Source: Deltaproteobacteria bacterium | Lineage (GTDB): Bacteria > Bdellovibrionota_B > Oligoflexia > Oligoflexales > Bog-1112 | Length of the DNA stretch: 64,000 bases | Assembly: GCA_947466225.1 (NCBI GenBank) | Contig: CANIBL010000004.1 | Span: 2,408 to 66,407, forward strand | Direction of reading: 5' to 3' | Shown here: one piece after another, positions 1 to 9,456 of the stretch | Position numbering within the stretch: the first letter of the stretch is position 1 | Layout of the letters: each line of letters begins with the position of its first letter | The notes under the pieces: model-generated | Told to the model about the DNA's origin: nothing | The model's input: only the letters and a program-made list of their open reading frames with translations | Database searches by the model: none | Translations under genes and position numbers: made by a program

Positions 1-872
1 AAAGTGATATGGGTTTGCCGGGAAACTTCTCCGTCGGCTTCCACCCAAAATGGGGTTTCGCTGTGAACGTAAAATGTGGTCCCCCGGCATTGATGGAGCT
101 TGGAACCAAAGAAGCGCCCGCGGAGAAATTCCCGCAAGGTGCGAAGACTTTCCCACTTGGAAAGGTTGTCACATAAATAAATGTGAAAATGTCCTGAATC
201 GGGTGTTTCCCCTGTCGGGTAGGCAAAATCTCCTGAGAAATGTTGATTTCGCACAATTGCGAGATTGGTAATATTTCGGTTGCCGTAGAGACAGAGACGA
301 AGGGAGAGATTGCGGTAAAGAAATAAGGTGCGCAAGGCAGCCCAAAAAATGGCGAGTGGGGTTGAAATGCGTTTAACCGTATGCAGATGATGATTGAAAT
401 ACCCATTGGCCTCTGCGGTGAGGCCCAGACTGGCATTGAGGAGAAAGTAGGTACGAGGGCCATCCGTTGGAGCCCACCAACAAAGATCTGTGAGTAAAGT
501 GGATTCAAAATTCATACGACAAGGAAAACCTGCGACACGGGTAGAAATCGGTTTGTGAAAATCGTTGGAAGACCCTGTGCCGATTGCACCGAAAATGAGT
601 TCCGAGGAGGGAATGTTGCAAGCTGCGCTGGCACGCAAGAGGCCATTCACCATTGCATTACATGTGCCATCTCCTCCCACTGCAACAAAGTGCCGTTTAC
701 CTTTCTGGAGCTGCACCTGCAACGCGCGATCGAGGGCCATGGAATCGAAGGGGGCAGATATATCCAGTACTGTTGCTGGGAAAGGCAGGGCTGATTGGAG
801 TTTTCGCCATCTAGCCGCGCCTTTTCCTCCACAGGCTGTGGGATTCACCAAAAGAACAGGGGGAGATTTCAT
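1..872 (-). CDS. Diacylglycerol/sphingosine kinase family lipid kinase (DAGK_cat, YegS/BmrU-like), 3' end runs off window
   Basis: Not in the ORF track. Manual translation from ATG at 872 gives MKSPPVLLVNPTACGGKG...FVAVGGDGTCNAMVNG...GAIGTGSSNDF, i.e. the NP-x-A-x-GG, GGDGT and GT/SxNDF motifs. ATGA overlap with the upstream stop. Confidence 0.88.
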   Translation of the reverse strand, partial: MKSPPVLLVNPTACGGKGAARWRKLQSALPFPATVLDISAPFDSMALDRALQVQLQKGKRHFVAVGGDGTCNAMVNGLLRASAACNIPSSELIFGAIGTGSSNDFHKPISTRVAGFPCRMNFESTLLTDLCWWAPTDGPRTYFLLNASLGLTAEANGYFNHHLHTVKRISTPLAIFWAALRTLFLYRNLSLRLCLYGNRNITNLAIVRNQHFSGDFAYPTGETPDSGHFHIYLCDNLSKWESLRTLREFLRGRFFGSKLHQCRGTTFYVHSETPFWVEADGEVSRQTHIT

Positions 873-1537
873 CGATTGTGTCGCCTCTTGGTTTGGATCC
901 AGCTCGAGAGGAATTGGAAGAGTTCTTGATGCAAGGTTAGGATATCGGCATCTGCATGGATGGGGATCCATTGTGGGTTGGCATCGCACATGCGCATCAG
1001 CTCTCCGTTCAGCTTTTGCTGAAAGCGTTGAAATTGCAGTTGCGGGGATTTTCCTTGAGACTCTGGTCCCAGTTCATAAGGGGTAAAAGTGGTTTTGCGT
1101 TTAAGCAGACAAGCCGGGTCGGCTTGTAGATAAAAGACCAAATCAGCTTGGGGTAAAAGAGAAAAAGGCAGATCAGCTTCTTCCGGAGGCACGCCTCGAG
1201 CTCGTTCATTGGCAGCATATTTAAACCAGTATCCATCGATCAACAGAATCTCCAAGTGAGGATGCGCTGCATGGAGCAACTCCAATCCACGCGAAAAACA
1301 AAAAAGCAAGAGGCTCATGCGGGATCGAGAAGAGAGAGAGGTCGCAAAAGAGAGCGCATCTTTAGATACCGTACATATCTCCCCTTTCTGTACATACTCC
1401 CATAGAGAGAAGAGGGCTACCTTTTCTACTCCGAACTTTGCCTGCAGTTCTTGTAGCAAGAGAGAACATAAAGTGGACTTGCCTACCCCATCGCTACCGG
1501 TGAGTACAAGGTATTGGACAGAGGGAGCGTGTTGCAT
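869..1537 (-). CDS. Thymidylate-kinase-like P-loop kinase
   Basis: P-loop GSDGVGKST; DGYWFKYAA in place of the TMK DRY motif; PQADLVFYL. Start set at ATG 1537 (ORF track extends to 1597). Confidence 0.75.
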   Translation of the reverse strand: MQHAPSVQYLVLTGSDGVGKSTLCSLLLQELQAKFGVEKVALFSLWEYVQKGEICTVSKDALSFATSLSSRSRMSLLLFCFSRGLELLHAAHPHLEILLIDGYWFKYAANERARGVPPEEADLPFSLLPQADLVFYLQADPACLLKRKTTFTPYELGPESQGKSPQLQFQRFQQKLNGELMRMCDANPQWIPIHADADILTLHQELFQFLSSWIQTKRRHNR

Positions 1538-3666
1538 GGGGTTCCTTTCTGAGATAACCGTTGGATCGTGCCGTGGGTACCGTTGATTTCGATCCACTCA
1601 CCCGGGGTAAATGTAGAAAGAGCGGTAGCACCACAGATCACCGCAGGTAGGTGATATTCACGCGCCAATACCAATCCATGAGACAAAAGTCCGCCAGAGC
1701 CCACGATCATGCCTTTCAATCGGGGAAAGAGCAGTGCTAGTTCTGGCTGTGGTGCAGGGGTTTGTAAGATCCAGGCTTCCCCTGGGTGAGGGCGATGTTG
1801 CTGCAGTTCTTCGAGGGTGCAGAGTTGGCCTTGGGCCACACCTGGACTAGCGCCGATCCAAGATGTGGAGTGGGGAATTGATGTTTCACGGATGGGGAGG
1901 TCGCAGTGGGTCGGTTCTGTGGGCCATCTAGAAAATGTGCCTTTACGCTGATCACTGATCCAGGCAAGGGAGTAGGGCGTCTTATGCAAGAGCTCTGACT
2001 TGGTAAGAAAATAGATATGCTGGGACGACGGAAGTTCTCCGCTTTGGTGGAGAACTTCCCCAAAGCGGCGTAGTATTTTTTTTGAAGCCAAGAGGTAGTA
2101 CCCTGCATATTCATGCATGGCGTCATCCAGCTCACACAACCGGAGTAGCATGGCATAGAGAGCGCGCACGGTATCTGGAAAGCGGGATAGATCGTGGGTT
2201 GTCGTTCGGATTTTTGGTGAAAGAACAGGCCACGTTTGGTTCGGAAAGGCTTCTTCGAGAGTCGAATCTGCTACATCCCAGGAGAGATGAAGATGGGCAT
2301 GACTGGTTCGGGGTAGTGACAGAGCGCTTTCTGTGTCGTTCTCCATCCACTGCAGTAAGGTCATGGGGGAAACCCCTTGGGCTTCAAAGTAGGCTTCCAG
2401 TACCTTGTGGGCCAACTTTTTGAGAAAAAAAATCGAAAAATCGTGGGTGAAGAAATCCTTCGCTGCTGTATCAATGCGAAGTATAGGTGCCAAAAAATCG
2501 GCTCGCTGTTTCCATGGTGTGGCATCGATACTTGCAATTTCCTGCTGAAGAGGCACGAGAGACTGGGCCAAGGTATGGGCCCAGTGGGTTTCGATTTGGA
2601 CCAAGGCCGGTTGTATCCAATCGTGTACCAATGTGATTTTTGCCAAAACACGAGAAGAGGGTCTTGCGAATGAGAAAAGGGTGCGCCAGTGAGTGCGTAT
2701 AAACTGTAGGCTTTTCCACAGGGAGAGACGAAGAGCTTGTTTGCTGGGGGTTCTCCCGTAGATAAAACCATGGTGGTAGATAAAATGCTGATGAGGGTCT
2801 CGGGTGCTGATACCGAGGAGAGCATACATGGATGTGAAGTTGTGAGGGATATGATCTGCCAGCAACGACCATCCCAATAAGGTCATCTTGGTAGGGAACC
2901 GCTCTCGAGTTTCCCGCAAATCCCAGTGGTAGCCTTGTTGCAAAGGCCGAAATAGCAGCGCTTCTGGTGTTGCAATGGCTCGTACCTGCAATACCCAAAA
3001 GTGCTCTCCATCCCAGGTCCACTCCATGTCGATGGGGCATTTCCATAGGCGCTCTGCTAGATCAGTATATCGACGCAAGGCAGAAAAAAATGGCTGCAGT
3101 TCACAGGGAATGGCACCCCCAAAGATACAAGATTGAGGTGTTATGTTTCCTTCTACCAGAGCACGGCATGGTCCTTCGACCCATTCGATGCGCCCTCGCT
3201 TTGGGGCTTTTTTATGAATCTCAGAGGCTTGTAGCAATTTTTGGGGGTGGCGAGAAAAGGCCACACCGGAGTAGAGTCCTGTGATTTTCCGTTGGATCAA
3301 AACCGGTTCTTCTCGTGGGGCGGTACCGGCACGATAGGGCGCATAAGAGTGAAGTACCGTTTGTATACAGTCCCATAGGGCAGAGGCGGTGGATGTTTCA
3401 AGCTCGACGGAAGCAAATACACCAGCCAAGGAACTTGTGCCCGTATCTTCTCCTAAAAACGTGGAACGCACGATGAGGGCATGGCCCAGTTGAGAAAAAA
3501 TTTCTTCCGCGCGTATCGACCACTCTCGTGGCATGTGTCGTTGTTCTTTTACTTGCAACACGCCAAAAGAGGGAATGGGTACTTTTTTTTGTTGCAGTAC
3601 AAAAAGACCGTCGGCTTTTTGCCCATACGGTTCTGATTCTCGGGTGCGATGAAAGTGTAGCTTCAT
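1483..3666 (-). CDS. PEP-utilizing/ATP-grasp phosphotransferase, RPH/PigC-like domain order
   Basis: N-terminal PPDK_N motifs (IVRST..GEDT...SLAGVF, SGVAFS, PIDMEWT, LQVRAI) and C-terminal swivel His domain (GGLLSHGLVLAREYHLPAV). ATG 3666 overlaps the upstream stop (ATGA). Confidence 0.85.
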   Translation of the reverse strand: MKLHFHRTRESEPYGQKADGLFVLQQKKVPIPSFGVLQVKEQRHMPREWSIRAEEIFSQLGHALIVRSTFLGEDTGTSSLAGVFASVELETSTASALWDCIQTVLHSYAPYRAGTAPREEPVLIQRKITGLYSGVAFSRHPQKLLQASEIHKKAPKRGRIEWVEGPCRALVEGNITPQSCIFGGAIPCELQPFFSALRRYTDLAERLWKCPIDMEWTWDGEHFWVLQVRAIATPEALLFRPLQQGYHWDLRETRERFPTKMTLLGWSLLADHIPHNFTSMYALLGISTRDPHQHFIYHHGFIYGRTPSKQALRLSLWKSLQFIRTHWRTLFSFARPSSRVLAKITLVHDWIQPALVQIETHWAHTLAQSLVPLQQEIASIDATPWKQRADFLAPILRIDTAAKDFFTHDFSIFFLKKLAHKVLEAYFEAQGVSPMTLLQWMENDTESALSLPRTSHAHLHLSWDVADSTLEEAFPNQTWPVLSPKIRTTTHDLSRFPDTVRALYAMLLRLCELDDAMHEYAGYYLLASKKILRRFGEVLHQSGELPSSQHIYFLTKSELLHKTPYSLAWISDQRKGTFSRWPTEPTHCDLPIRETSIPHSTSWIGASPGVAQGQLCTLEELQQHRPHPGEAWILQTPAPQPELALLFPRLKGMIVGSGGLLSHGLVLAREYHLPAVICGATALSTFTPGEWIEINGTHGTIQRLSQKGTPCNTLPLSNTLYSPVAMG

Positions 3667-5051
3667 TCCAGTTGGCTCACCAATTGACGAAATCGATCTT
3701 GTTGCGGATTTCTGGAAGTGGATTCTGTCTGGAGCAGACAAGCGCCACCTTCTTTTAGGTTGTCCCAGGTGAGCTGCAGAAGAGATAAGTGTCCATGGTC
3801 ACGGGCCATGGCACGCCATAGAAGAACGGGTACAGCCGCTCGTTTGAGTGGATCGGGCAGCCAAGAAAACGGTACAAGGCGCTCTCGTTCTGCTAAATTG
3901 GCATGAAGGGTGTGCTGCCATTGCAAGGCAAGAAAGTGAAGTTTGTCCCATTTGTTTGAGGTTAGCTTAAACTGGGCAAAGGCACGTTCTACTTTGGCAA
4001 TGTGTACAGATCGGGTTGTGAGCAAGGAATGGGACAGTCGGGTTCTTGTATCGAGACGTGTCAAGGGAGAGGCGTGTCGCGCTAGCTCTTGCAACACGAA
4101 GGGGGGAGAGAAAGACCCATAAAGACCCTCGGTGAATGCCAGTACACGATAGCAGGGATCTTGCACACGCCAGAGGGCGGCGCGGGTGAGAAAAGCCTGC
4201 CAATCAAAGGCCTCGCGATTTTTAGCCCACAGATTGTAGACATCAGCTAGCTCTCGAAGACCGGTTTTGTAGAAGGGAAGATGTAAGCACAAATGGAGCA
4301 AGTTGTCTTCTGCGGATAACTGAAAACAGGTAGCCCCATTGGATAGGGTCAGAGATTTTTTTCGCTGCCACAGTTCTTTTCTCTCTGGTTTCCATGGGGA
4401 TGTGGAGGCGCATAACCCCCAGTGGGGGCTTACGAGACAAGTTCCATCAGGACTGAGAAAAGGGGGCAAATGATGAGAAGCGGATGTTTCCGCTGGAGGA
4501 CAAAGAGAGGCAAAGCCCAGGTCTTGCAGAATGGTGCAAAATCGTTTGCCCCCTCGAGGGCGCACCAGTACATCCACATCGTTCATTTTTTTGTAGATCG
4601 CTGTCGGGTAGAGTGTTTCTCCAAATAGTGCCCCTTTGAGAAGGATCAATTCGATGTTATTCGCTTCGCAAGCTGCTGCAATCTGTAGCATCCACTTTCT
4701 GCGTAAGATGCCTTTTTCGATTTGTTGGTCGAGGCTTTGTAGCTTGTCTTTAGAAGCAAAGTTAGCTATCTGTGCAGGTGCATGACGTCGCAGTTGATCC
4801 AACACCAGGAGATCCACCTGATTGAATCTGGATAAGTAGGAAAATCGGTCCCAATCTAATTTGATCGTACTTGAGAGTAGATGCTGTCTCTTTCGGTGGG
4901 GATCCCCGACGGCCGAGGCGGCCTGGGGATGACGGAGTTTCTCTTCTTGGTGGGGATCCCCGACGGCCGAGGCGGCCTGGGGATGACGGTGTTGCTCATC
5001 GTAAATATCTGCATCACAGCGTGTCAATTGGATGAGAAGTGCTTCTTCCAT
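3663..5051 (-). CDS. Nucleotidyltransferase family protein (NTP_transf_5-like) with an N-terminal REP-derived tandem peptide
   Basis: LILLKGALFGETLYP..KKMNDVDVLV motif, PHW, LLHLCLH, LADV; RHPQAASAVGDPH occurs twice near the N-terminus. Confidence 0.8.
   Translation of the reverse strand: MEEALLIQLTRCDADIYDEQHRHPQAASAVGDPHQEEKLRHPQAASAVGDPHRKRQHLLSSTIKLDWDRFSYLSRFNQVDLLVLDQLRRHAPAQIANFASKDKLQSLDQQIEKGILRRKWMLQIAAACEANNIELILLKGALFGETLYPTAIYKKMNDVDVLVRPRGGKRFCTILQDLGFASLCPPAETSASHHLPPFLSPDGTCLVSPHWGLCASTSPWKPERKELWQRKKSLTLSNGATCFQLSAEDNLLHLCLHLPFYKTGLRELADVYNLWAKNREAFDWQAFLTRAALWRVQDPCYRVLAFTEGLYGSFSPPFVLQELARHASPLTRLDTRTRLSHSLLTTRSVHIAKVERAFAQFKLTSNKWDKLHFLALQWQHTLHANLAERERLVPFSWLPDPLKRAAVPVLLWRAMARDHGHLSLLQLTWDNLKEGGACLLQTESTSRNPQQDRFRQLVSQLE
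4895..4989 (-). repeat. Two direct copies (41 bp, 54-bp period) of a CGTC-tagged REP-like palindrome inside the CDS
   Basis: GGTGGGGATCCCCGACGGCCGAGGCGGCCTGGGGATGACGG at 4895-4935 and 4949-4989; related to the intergenic pair at 19277-19363. Confidence 0.88.
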
Positions 5052-5057
5052 AGTGTC

Positions 5058-5711
5058 CTACCCTTTTCTGCCTTCAAATAAGAGGACATCTCCCATACGA
5101 AGTTTCGATGTAAGGGTAAATCCTGCTTGATGCAACCAAGAGACAAAAGCCTCGAGGTGAATCACTTCACTTTGATACCCTTTTTCAATCCAAGCGTGAA
5201 TTTTTCGTTGTTTCCATGGTGCTTTGGGTAGAAGCAAGACAGAGCCTCGTACGTATCCACCGGGTTGCAAGACACGATACATTTCTTGGAGCGCTCCTTC
5301 AGCACTTGGGAAAGAGTTGCACCCTCCAAAGCAGGTAACCAAGGGTTGTGAGTTTGCCTCAAAGGGGAGATTCATCACATCCCCTTGAATTACCGTCGTG
5401 TCAGATGGGAGCTTGGAAATGGCTTTTCGCAGCATATCAGGGGAAATATCCAGTACGGTCAGGTGCGGTTTTGGATAGGTTTTCTGTTTCAATAGCGCAG
5501 CACGGGTTAAGGTGCCATCCCCGGTGGCCAAATCGAGTACGTGGAGATTGCATTGTAAACTATCGCGAAAGAACCGAATTTGTTTGAAGATATTGCCACG
5601 CCAAATCCACGTATAGGCCAGCAGCGCAATGGGTGCGTAGAAGATGGAGTAAAAGCGATAGGCTTCGAGGGTTTTTTTCATCGTAGGCTCCACAAAAATG
5701 GTTACTGACAC
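5058..5711 (-). CDS. Class I SAM-dependent methyltransferase (UbiE-like)
   Basis: VLDLATGDG, LDISPDML, GDVMNLPF, EMYRVLQPGG. Confidence 0.9.
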   Translation of the reverse strand: MSVTIFVEPTMKKTLEAYRFYSIFYAPIALLAYTWIWRGNIFKQIRFFRDSLQCNLHVLDLATGDGTLTRAALLKQKTYPKPHLTVLDISPDMLRKAISKLPSDTTVIQGDVMNLPFEANSQPLVTCFGGCNSFPSAEGALQEMYRVLQPGGYVRGSVLLLPKAPWKQRKIHAWIEKGYQSEVIHLEAFVSWLHQAGFTLTSKLRMGDVLLFEGRKG

Positions 5712-6994
5712 AAGCCAAACGAACGAAATACGTCAGAAAAAATCTCCACCGCCTTCTCCAGCATTTCGTAGGTATGGTGTACCATCAAACTTACCCGAAG
5801 TTTTTGTGCTTCTTGGGCTACAGCTGGGTATTCGATGCTGTTTACAAATAGACCTCGATCATGAAGGGCGCAGTTGAGTTTTCGAATATTTATGGTAGCT
5901 GGGATGGGAATGGGCACGATCGGAGAGTGAGAGTGAATCTTGATTCCGACTTCCTGCATGCGATGGCAGAAATAGGCGATTTTTTGGCGAAGTTGAAGGC
6001 GCATCTCTGGTTGCAGGGTAATTTTCTTCACTCCAGCCAAAATGGCAGCAGTGGAGGTTAAAGGCAAATGTGCAGAAAAGAGGTAGGGACGAGAAAAATA
6101 CCGCAAATACTGGCATATATTATGGCTGCTAGCCACAAATCCACCTGTAAGAGCGAATGTTTTGCTGAAGGATCCCATCAGCAAGGGAATTTGTCCGGTG
6201 AGATGAAAGAAGTCACAAACGCCGCCTCCATGGTCCCCTAATATACCGGTGCTGTGGGCATCATCTACAATCAAGAAGGCACCATATTCTTTGCACAGAG
6301 AGCTGATCTCTGGCAACGGAGCCATATCCCCTTCCATAGAATAAAGCCCCTCTACACAAACAAAAATTTGCCGACGGATTTCACCTCTTCGTAGTTCTTG
6401 CAACAGGAGGTGCAGGTGATTACAATCGTTATGAGAAAATTTTCTGGTAGTGATTTTGGCTCGAGAGCGCTTAAGCGATAAGCCATCGATGACGCTAGCG
6501 TGGCAATAGGCATCGTAGAGTACGGCATCCCCGCTGTGTACCAATCCATCGATCCATCCCAAATTGGCTTGGTATCCACTGGGAAAGAGAATGCAATCTT
6601 CGCAGCCTTTTAGTTTTGCAATTTCTCTCTCGAGTTTTCGATGTAAGGCATGGGTTCCATTGAGAAGGGAGGGGCCTGCTACACCAGCGCCATAGGCCTC
6701 CATGGCGTTGGTGACTGCAGATAGGATGTCGGGGTCATTGGCAAAGCCCAAGTAGTTGTTGGACCCCAACATGAGCATCTCTTTTCCCTGGGGATATTCT
6801 GCGGTTTTGATTTGCACCACAGGTCCCATGGCAGAGAGAATTTCTCGTTGATAGGAGACAGATCCAGATTGTTTTTCGGTTTCATAGTAGGCCAAAAAAG
6901 GCCGGATGCGATCTTCTACGCTGTCACAAGCGCGAGAAGGGAAAAAATCAGAAAGAGAGAAGTTTTCGCCACCAGAAACCGTTGGGTGGATCAT
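5702..6994 (-). CDS. PLP-dependent alpha-oxoamine synthase (serine palmitoyltransferase/BioF/KBL family)
   Basis: GSNNYLG, LLNGT, SGYQANLG, HASV, FSHND, EGLYSMEGD, DDAHSTG, GSFSK (PLP Lys), SRPYLFSA. Confidence 0.9.
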   Translation of the reverse strand: MIHPTVSGGENFSLSDFFPSRACDSVEDRIRPFLAYYETEKQSGSVSYQREILSAMGPVVQIKTAEYPQGKEMLMLGSNNYLGFANDPDILSAVTNAMEAYGAGVAGPSLLNGTHALHRKLEREIAKLKGCEDCILFPSGYQANLGWIDGLVHSGDAVLYDAYCHASVIDGLSLKRSRAKITTRKFSHNDCNHLHLLLQELRRGEIRRQIFVCVEGLYSMEGDMAPLPEISSLCKEYGAFLIVDDAHSTGILGDHGGGVCDFFHLTGQIPLLMGSFSKTFALTGGFVASSHNICQYLRYFSRPYLFSAHLPLTSTAAILAGVKKITLQPEMRLQLRQKIAYFCHRMQEVGIKIHSHSPIVPIPIPATINIRKLNCALHDRGLFVNSIEYPAVAQEAQKLRVSLMVHHTYEMLEKAVEIFSDVFRSFGLCQ

Positions 6995-7009
6995 GTGATA
7001 TCGCCTTCT

Positions 7010-7678
7010 TTACTGCATCGGCCTTCGGAGGAGGTCCCTACATTGGGTAAGGGCACGCCATGAACTTTTGTTGATAACGGTATCTGGGTCAATGCCAAGT
7101 CGTCGAAACTGCTTGCGTAAGCTTCGATTATATAATGCATATTTCCCCATATGAATATCCAGTCGAAAGAGCCATAGGAATGCACTCAACCAAACTCGAT
7201 GGATTCTGTCTGTGGAGTATTGCTGAATGAAAGTCTTCATAGATTCGATGTGACGAAATTCATCTTTTTCGATTTGTCTAAACAAGGACTCCAATTCGAC
7301 CAACTTTTGTTTCTCGGCTTTTTTTCGCAATTGTGCATAAAGCTGTACGGAAAAGAGCTCGTAAAAATACAGCAAAGAAAATCCCAAAAGAGGTCTTTTT
7401 TTAACCAAAAATCGAATCGAAGGCAGCAGCACGTGGTAAAAAATTTGATCACTTTTCGTGGGTTTCATTTTCGTAAACGACAGGCTTTCTCGTAGATATC
7501 CGGTCAGTAAGCCTGCGTGTCGTTGTTCATCTGCAGAATGTTGTGTCAAGACGCGAACAGCCTCGTGATGGGAGGAATATGAAAGCAAGAGCGGTTGCAA
7601 CACATGGTGCTCCATGCTTTCGGATGTGGCGATCGCGCTCAATACACGTCGCCAAGCTGCTGCATCTGGGTGGGGCAT
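7010..7678 (-). CDS. Ferritin-like diiron-carboxylate protein
   Basis: Paired E...ExxH pattern: SESME, DEQRH, YELFS, DEFRH. Confidence 0.75.
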   Translation of the reverse strand: MPHPDAAAWRRVLSAIATSESMEHHVLQPLLLSYSSHHEAVRVLTQHSADEQRHAGLLTGYLRESLSFTKMKPTKSDQIFYHVLLPSIRFLVKKRPLLGFSLLYFYELFSVQLYAQLRKKAEKQKLVELESLFRQIEKDEFRHIESMKTFIQQYSTDRIHRVWLSAFLWLFRLDIHMGKYALYNRSLRKQFRRLGIDPDTVINKSSWRALTQCRDLLRRPMQ

Positions 7679-7690
7679 TCTGGTTCCTGC

Positions 7691-8293
7691 TTATTCTTCG
7701 CTACCAAGTACTTCAATATATTTCATCACATGATAAGTGGAGGAAATAACGGATTGCAAACAAACCAAATACTTCCGTTTTTCTTCTTGCCCGCCTGTTG
7801 CCTCGATCTTGGCGATTTGTGCCGTGTAAACCTCAGGTAATGGCAAAGGTTTTTCTTCAAACATGGCATCTTTAATTTGAATCAGCATGTCAGAGAGAGC
7901 CTCTTTTTCCCTTGGCATTGCGGTGTAGGTGTCTTTGAAGCTGGCAACAATGATCTGTTGGGTTTCCGGTTTCATCTTGGACCAAGTTTCAAGTCCGTTG
8001 AAAAAATCGGTGGAGAAGGCCTTGTTATCCGCTTGGGTTCTGATGTGAAACAAGGTTTTTGCCATGTGTTCTGGCGTAAAGTGTGCATCAAATTTTTCTT
8101 TGAAAATAGGGGCTACGTATTGCCATAGAGAGTCATGGTAAATCTGCCACATTCTTTTATGTGCTTCGTGAGATTTTACTTCGCGGGCCTCTTGCTCAAT
8201 CTTCTGCAAAACCCTCGGTGGCATTCGATCTAAGGCGAGAAGAGTGGTACTCGATCCAATGATCACAGCGGCTGCCAGTAGAAATTTTTTCAT
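7691..8293 (-). CDS. Hypothetical exported helical protein
   Basis: GGAG RBS, then MKKFLLAAAVIIGSSTTLLA signal peptide. The longer ORF-track start overlaps the divergent gene. Confidence 0.7.
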   Translation of the reverse strand: MKKFLLAAAVIIGSSTTLLALDRMPPRVLQKIEQEAREVKSHEAHKRMWQIYHDSLWQYVAPIFKEKFDAHFTPEHMAKTLFHIRTQADNKAFSTDFFNGLETWSKMKPETQQIIVASFKDTYTAMPREKEALSDMLIQIKDAMFEEKPLPLPEVYTAQIAKIEATGGQEEKRKYLVCLQSVISSTYHVMKYIEVLGSEE

Positions 8294-8370
8294 TTGTATC
8301 TCCATTGAAAAATATTGTGAGAAGCTGTACACCTGGGGTCGATGGGAACGGTACAAGAAGGAATTTTGAG

Positions 8371-9456
8371 ATGCAACCTCTTCATGCAGCAAAATCGGTG
8401 TGGCTAGAAAATTCCCAACGAGAAAAATATGTGATGATATATTCCGGTGTATTTTGTCTGGTGATGATCCTGCCGTATTTTTCTCACGGGGAAGCAAGTG
8501 TGATACCTGTCTACAATTTTTATTTGCTGCTATTTGGGATGCCACACAATTATCTTACATGGGCGAGCATTTTTTCTGGTGGCGGCACCCCTCTTTTGAC
8601 TTCTCGGGCATTTTGGATTCCCATTGGCGTGGCATTTTTAGCTGTAGTGGGCTTGATGGGCTTTCCCAATGGAACAGTTGAGGTCGCCATTCTCAATCTC
8701 ATCACCTACGTGTCTCTGTGGCATGCATATCGACAGCATCATGGCATCTGCAAGGTATATGATGCTGTGCAAGCTCAGAGAATGGGGGATTCTTCGATTT
8801 TTTCCGATCGGAAAATTCTCAATGTATTTTTGTTGTTTTCTCTATTCTCCGTATTGATATGGGCCTTTACTCAAGAGGAGGTTCGATTTTTACTATCAGC
8901 TGATGCCCAATACAACCTTTGGTATCCTCGGTTGCCCCATAGATTCTTTGTTTTGTGGGTTGTGGTAACCGCAGTTTTGGGAATTTGGGGCGTAAAGCGA
9001 GCCTATTGGGATCGATGGCGGCAGGGAAAATATTTGCCGATCCCCCAAGGGGCAACTATGTTGGTGGCAACGTTGACGTATGTGGTGCCATATTTCTATT
9101 TGCCTTTATCGGCATTGCCGATTTCCATCGCCATTGGGACCATGTATCACAATATTCAATATTTTGGATTTGTATGGCTGTACGAAAAAAATTACGCCCA
9201 TGTACGACAAGCAGAAGGCGGGGATTTATCCCACTTGCAAACGATCTCCTACCAGGGTGATTGGAAGCGCTATTTTTCCTACGCATTTTTGTATTCTCTG
9301 TCTATTTTTCTATTGTACGGTCTCTTGCCTCACCACTGGATGTTGCCGGTGATTTATTTCTTGGCTTTCTCTCATTACTTGGTGGATGGGGTGATGTGGC
9401 AGAAGAAACACAACGGAAATTTGTCTCCGGTCCTGCGTCGGTTGGCCGATGCCTGA
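8371..9456 (+). CDS. Polytopic membrane protein with conserved histidines (putative non-heme-iron oxygenase/hydroxylase)
   Basis: Many TM segments; PHNY, WHAYRQHHG, YHNIQY, SHYLVDG motifs; AGAAGGA RBS before ATG 8371. Confidence 0.65.
   Translation: MQPLHAAKSVWLENSQREKYVMIYSGVFCLVMILPYFSHGEASVIPVYNFYLLLFGMPHNYLTWASIFSGGGTPLLTSRAFWIPIGVAFLAVVGLMGFPNGTVEVAILNLITYVSLWHAYRQHHGICKVYDAVQAQRMGDSSIFSDRKILNVFLLFSLFSVLIWAFTQEEVRFLLSADAQYNLWYPRLPHRFFVLWVVVTAVLGIWGVKRAYWDRWRQGKYLPIPQGATMLVATLTYVVPYFYLPLSALPISIAIGTMYHNIQYFGFVWLYEKNYAHVRQAEGGDLSHLQTISYQGDWKRYFSYAFLYSLSIFLLYGLLPHHWMLPVIYFLAFSHYLVDGVMWQKKHNGNLSPVLRRLADA

Noticed and set aside
50-1086. Plus-strand ORFs at the window start and most other short ORF-track entries
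   Set aside because: They are antisense or alternate-frame shadows of well-supported genes (here the DAGK gene) with no motifs.
4895-4989. CRISPR array
   Set aside because: Only two units with a 13-bp spacer, in-frame in a CDS, and no cas genes.
5702-6994. Calling the AOS bioF or spt outright
   Set aside because: The motifs are shared across BioF, KBL, SPT and PigH; substrate cannot be read from sequence, and no other bio genes are nearby.
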